DNA of 53,540 bases. Origin: Deltaproteobacteria bacterium. Lineage in GTDB: Bacteria; Myxococcota; JACRCW01. The stretch spans positions 1-53,540 of the forward strand of contig JACRCW010000043.1 in NCBI GenBank assembly GCA_016218805.1, given 5' to 3'. Below, piece by piece: positions 50,272-53,540 of the stretch. The translations under genes and the position numbers were made by a program. Every line of letters starts with the position of its first letter. The stretch's first letter is position 1. The notes beneath the pieces were generated by a model, which ran no database searches, was not told the origin of the DNA, and saw only the letters and a list, made by a program, of their open reading frames with translations.

Positions 50272-50874
50272 ATGGATGAAGCCGTCCTTCTGGAGAGACT
50301 GCGCCGCGGCGATGAGGCGGCGTTCAGCCATCTCGTGGAAAGGCACCACCGCCCGCTGCTCCGCCTCGCGCGGTCGTTCGTGTCGAGCCAGGCCGTGGCG
50401 GAGGAAGTGGTGCAGGACACGTGGGTGGCCGTCATCACGGGCCTGCCAACATTCGAGGCGCGCTCCAGCCTCAAGACCTGGATATTCCGCATCCTGGCCA
50501 ACCGCGCCAGGACCCGCGGCGTCCGCGAGGGACGCTCGGTCCCGTTTTCCTCGCTCAGCGGTGACGACGAGCCCGCTGTGGACGCGTCTCGGTTCAGCGC
50601 GAACGGAATGTGGTCCAGGCCACCGGAAGCGTGGGACGGAAACGCGCCCGATACGATCCTGATGAACGGCGAGGCGATGCGCAGCCTTTCCCGCGCGATG
50701 GAGGAGCTTCCACCGGCGCAGGCCGCCGTCGTCACGCTGCGTGACGTGGCGGGTATGGATTCGGCGGAGGTCTGTAGCGTCCTCGAGATCTCCGAGACCA
50801 ATCAGCGGGTCTTGCTCCATCGCGCGCGGTCGAAACTGCGGCGCGTGCTGGAGGAACACGTGGGCGCCAAGTAG
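50272..50874 (+). CDS. ECF RNA polymerase sigma factor
   Basis: GDEAAF, AEEVVQDTW, SSLKTWIFRILAN, LRDV.G....EV...L......RVLLHRAR. Confidence 0.93.
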   Translation: MDEAVLLERLRRGDEAAFSHLVERHHRPLLRLARSFVSSQAVAEEVVQDTWVAVITGLPTFEARSSLKTWIFRILANRARTRGVREGRSVPFSSLSGDDEPAVDASRFSANGMWSRPPEAWDGNAPDTILMNGEAMRSLSRAMEELPPAQAAVVTLRDVAGMDSAEVCSVLEISETNQRVLLHRARSKLRRVLEEHVGAK

Positions 50875-50877
50875 GAG

Positions 50878-51117
50878 ATGAGCATGCTGACCTGCCAAGG
50901 CCTGACGGAACTTGTGACGGACTACCTGGAGGGGCGCCTGCCCTTCACAAGGTGGCTGAGTTTCCAGATGCACCTGGGAATGTGCCGGCACTGCCGCGGC
51001 TACCTGCGCCAGATGAAGGTGACGGTGGCCACGCTGGGCCACCTGCCGCCGGAACCCATGCCCCCGGCGATCCGGGATGAACTCCTCAGGCGGTTCAAGG
51101 ACATGCGCTCGGCGTGA
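50878..51117 (+). CDS. zf-HC2 (ZAS) soluble anti-sigma factor
   Basis: LTC......VTDYLEG...HLGMCRHC (HxxxCxxC). Confidence 0.9.
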   Translation: MSMLTCQGLTELVTDYLEGRLPFTRWLSFQMHLGMCRHCRGYLRQMKVTVATLGHLPPEPMPPAIRDELLRRFKDMRSA

Positions 51118-51137
51118 AATCCGCAGGGCCTGGCCGT

Positions 51138-51166
51138 GTAACGATCCGGCAACTCTCCAGACGGTA
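51138..51166 (+). promoter_or_regulatory. Putative ECF promoter GTAACG-N16-GACGGTA upstream of the EKSCGG peptide gene
   Basis: Both boxes are identical to the copy at 50097. Confidence 0.75.
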
Positions 51167-51291
51167 TCCACAGGAGCAGCACCCCGGCACATTTGGGTCG
51201 GCCGCTGGTGGGCAGTGGCCGCCACACGCGCCGCCGAGAGGTCCTCGGCGCGCCCCGGGGCAACGAGCCGGGTCTCCGGCAGGAGCGAGTC

Positions 51292-51504
51292 ATGTCCAAT
51301 ATGAAACTGGTCGCAGCGGTGGTGTGTGGGTTGGCGTTTTCGTCGGTGGGCGCGCTCGCGTCACCGGGGGCCTCCGTGGCCGAGAAGAAGGATGACAAGA
51401 AGAAGAAGGACGACAAGAAGGGCGGCGAGAAGAGCTGCGGCGGCGACAAGGGCGGCGGCGAAAAGTCCTGTGGCGGAGAGAAGAGTTGCGGCGGACAGAA
51501 GTAG
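51292..51504 (+). CDS. Secreted low-complexity peptide with three EKSCGG repeats (HvfA/oxazolin-like precursor candidate)
   Basis: aggag RBS; signal peptide ending ALA; K/D-rich spacer; GGEKSCGGDKGGGEKSCGGEKSCGGQK. Confidence 0.82.
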   Translation: MSNMKLVAAVVCGLAFSSVGALASPGASVAEKKDDKKKKDDKKGGEKSCGGDKGGGEKSCGGEKSCGGQK

Positions 51505-52586
51505 CCAGGCGCTGAGAGCCCGCGACGCGTCGTCGGAACTGCCCGACGCCTCGCGGGGACCGCGCCCAAGCGCGCGCGAAACCGGAGGCGCTGCCGCGCT
51601 CGCGCGGCCTCAGCCCGTTAGCCGTTCGGGTACTGGATCTTGGGGTGTGGGCCGGTGTTGTCGGGCGCGCATCACGACGAGCGCCGGCTCAGGCGGCGGG
51701 CGCGAACAGCCATGGCGGAGCGTGGTGCTCGACGGCAGCGCCGCAGCAGACGGTCAGGAACGCCAGGACGTTCCTGTTCTGCCTATGCGCGGTGGCGCCG
51801 TGTTTGTGCCGGCGGCCTCAGACGCGGTGGCCGCGACCCCCGGGTTGGGACCTCGCCCGTATCACCCCGTGGGCGGCGTGTTCATGGGCGCCGTGCCGGG
51901 TGGCTCCTGGGTCTCACCGTCCGGCCGGGTGCGTGTCGGGCGCAGGCGGCGCAGCGCACTCCGGAAGGACATGCGCTCGAACTTCTGAGCGGTTGCCGGT
52001 TCATTCCAATAGGCGCTCATTTCCGCACGTACGGGCGTGCCGCGCAAGGAGCACAGCCAGGGTGAGCAGCCGATCCCGCAACTGCTTCATTTCCGCCTGT
52101 GACCGCACTCCAATGAGCGCCAGCACATCCCGGCCTTCGGCTGCCGTCAGCAGGCGTTCGCCTTCACGGATGTCCGCATCCGACCACCTCCAACCGCGTG
52201 TCCTCAACGCTCTGATCGGGTTCCATCACCTCGGTGACCAGTGTGGCCAGCGGTTCTCTCAACCTGGCCAGTATTTCCTGCAGTGCGTCCGCTGATTCCA
52301 CGGGTTTCAGCTCGCGCAGGACAAGCGCCTGCGCGTCAGTTATTTGGACTGGCGTCAACCACCTCCAAGCAGCGTTGTTGTCTTGGGGCACGGCCCCCCG
52401 CCGCGTGTGCCTGCCCGCTCAGCCCTCGCCCTATTGAAGGCGCAACCACGCGCCGCGCGAGTACGACATTTGGCGGAGGGCGCGGGAAAGCCAGCCGAGA
52501 GCACCTGTCTCATCAGCGAGAATTCGCCGTCCACCCGCAATCGACGCTGCGGGCGGGGACGAGGCGGATCGATCCTGAGCCACGTC

Positions 52587-52779
52587 GTAGGGCGGGGGCT
52601 TGTCCGGGCTTGTCCCCCGCCCCGGGTCAGTGCGCGCCGCACGTGGCGCCACGGCCCGCCGCCCCTATCCCGACGGGCGCTTCCGCAAGGGTAGGTCAGA
52701 CGCCGTACGCAAGGTCGCGCCAACCCGCCTCTCTCGACGAGGCTCGGGCGGGGGACAAGCCGACAAGCCCCCGCCCTAC
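52587..52779. repeat. Inverted pair of GTAG-type REP elements (second copy)
   Basis: GTAGGGCGGGGGCTTGTCCGGGCTTGTCCCCCGCC at 52587 with an inverted copy at 52746-52779. Confidence 0.85.
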
Positions 52780-52944
52780 GACGCACGCGTGGCACGCATC
52801 CTGTCGCCGGGGCAGCGGTCCAGACCCGGCGCGACCAGGATCGCCTGCGCCGAGAATCAATCGTCGGGGCTCAGGATTGAATCCACCTCGGGCCGGGAAG
52901 CCGCGGCGGCTCTCGGCGAGATTCGGAATGAGGAAGGGAGCGGG

Positions 52945-53361
52945 TCACGCCTTACGCGCGGCCACCGCAGCGCGGACGAATGGAGCAAATGCCAGGTCCT
53001 CGTTCTTGATGTGACGCAGCTCCTTGAGCAGGAACCCATTGGTGCGGATGAGCAGGTGCTCACGCGGGCCCACGCTTTCCAGATGCCTGAGGAGGCGCTG
53101 AAAGTCCGTCGCGAGAGAGGCGTGCCGCCGCGCATGCGCGGCAACCGCGGAGAACCCCGTTGCCGTCAGCAGCGCCTCTTCCGTCCTGAAATGGAGGTGG
53201 GTGCCCAGGAAGTCCAACACGCTCCTGATTTCCTCGGCGCCCCGCCCCGTGACACAAGCCGCGAACAGGACGTTGGCACGGCGAAAGAGCTCCCTGTGTT
53301 GGATGTCAAGCTCCGGGATGCCCGTCTCAAGAGCGGGGTCCCAGTCAAACCGGATTGTCAT
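52945..53361 (-). CDS. Single-domain bacteriohemerythrin
   Basis: FDWDPALETG..ELDIQH, HFRTEE, HARRH, HIKNED. Confidence 0.87.
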   Translation of the reverse strand: MTIRFDWDPALETGIPELDIQHRELFRRANVLFAACVTGRGAEEIRSVLDFLGTHLHFRTEEALLTATGFSAVAAHARRHASLATDFQRLLRHLESVGPREHLLIRTNGFLLKELRHIKNEDLAFAPFVRAAVAARKA

Positions 53362-53400
53362 GACTTGCCCTCTGCAGTGGAACGCGAACAGAAGATTTCG

Positions 53401-53540
53401 GGCCCTCCTGCACTCCGAATGGGTTGAAATTGACGCATGGGATCACGAGAGCATGGTTGGCAGCGGCGGGCAGAGTCCGCCGAACTTGGCATAGGCCAGC
53501 GCAATGAGGGCTTCGGCGGAGTGGAATCCGAAGGCAGTCC
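53401..53540 (-). mobile_element. End of an ISL3-family insertion sequence (transposase C-terminus 53443-53540, partial)
   Basis: Minus frame reads TAFGFHSAEALIALAYAKFGGLCPPLPTMLS*, resembling ISL3 transposase ends. GGCCCTCCTGCACTCCGAATGGGT at 53401 is the likely terminal inverted repeat. Confidence 0.78.

Overview
High-GC bacterial DNA, probably Myxococcota (inferred from a MYXO-CTERM-like anchor, myxobacterial Cys-rich repeats and many hybrid kinases). In order, the window holds: (1) the start of a minus-strand surface-polysaccharide operon (NusG paralog, EPS-type MarR regulator, UDP-HexNAc dehydrogenase and epimerase, PglC-like phosphoglycosyltransferase, DegT aminotransferase), with REP-like repeats between genes; (2) a surface-protein block, in which two diverged copies of a 'large secreted beta-protein + small lipoprotein' pair flank a kelch/disintegrin-repeat protein; (3) a compact putative RiPP locus: a 54-aa YxxP-leader precursor with two Cys, an HPr-kinase-like P-loop protein, a radical SAM/SPASM enzyme, a PqqD/RRE protein and a divergent nucleotidyltransferase; (4) about 20 kb of signalling genes (4 histidine kinases, several receivers, 2 GGDEF proteins); (5) a frameshifted serine-hydrolase fusion; (6) an ECF sigma/zf-HC2 anti-sigma locus, where a GTAACG-N16-GAC motif precedes four transcription units, including thioredoxin-CcdA and a secreted EKSCGG-repeat peptide resembling MNIO/DUF692 substrates; (7) a hemerythrin gene and the end of an ISL3-like element. 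All family assignments come from motif recognition by eye; no database searches were run.
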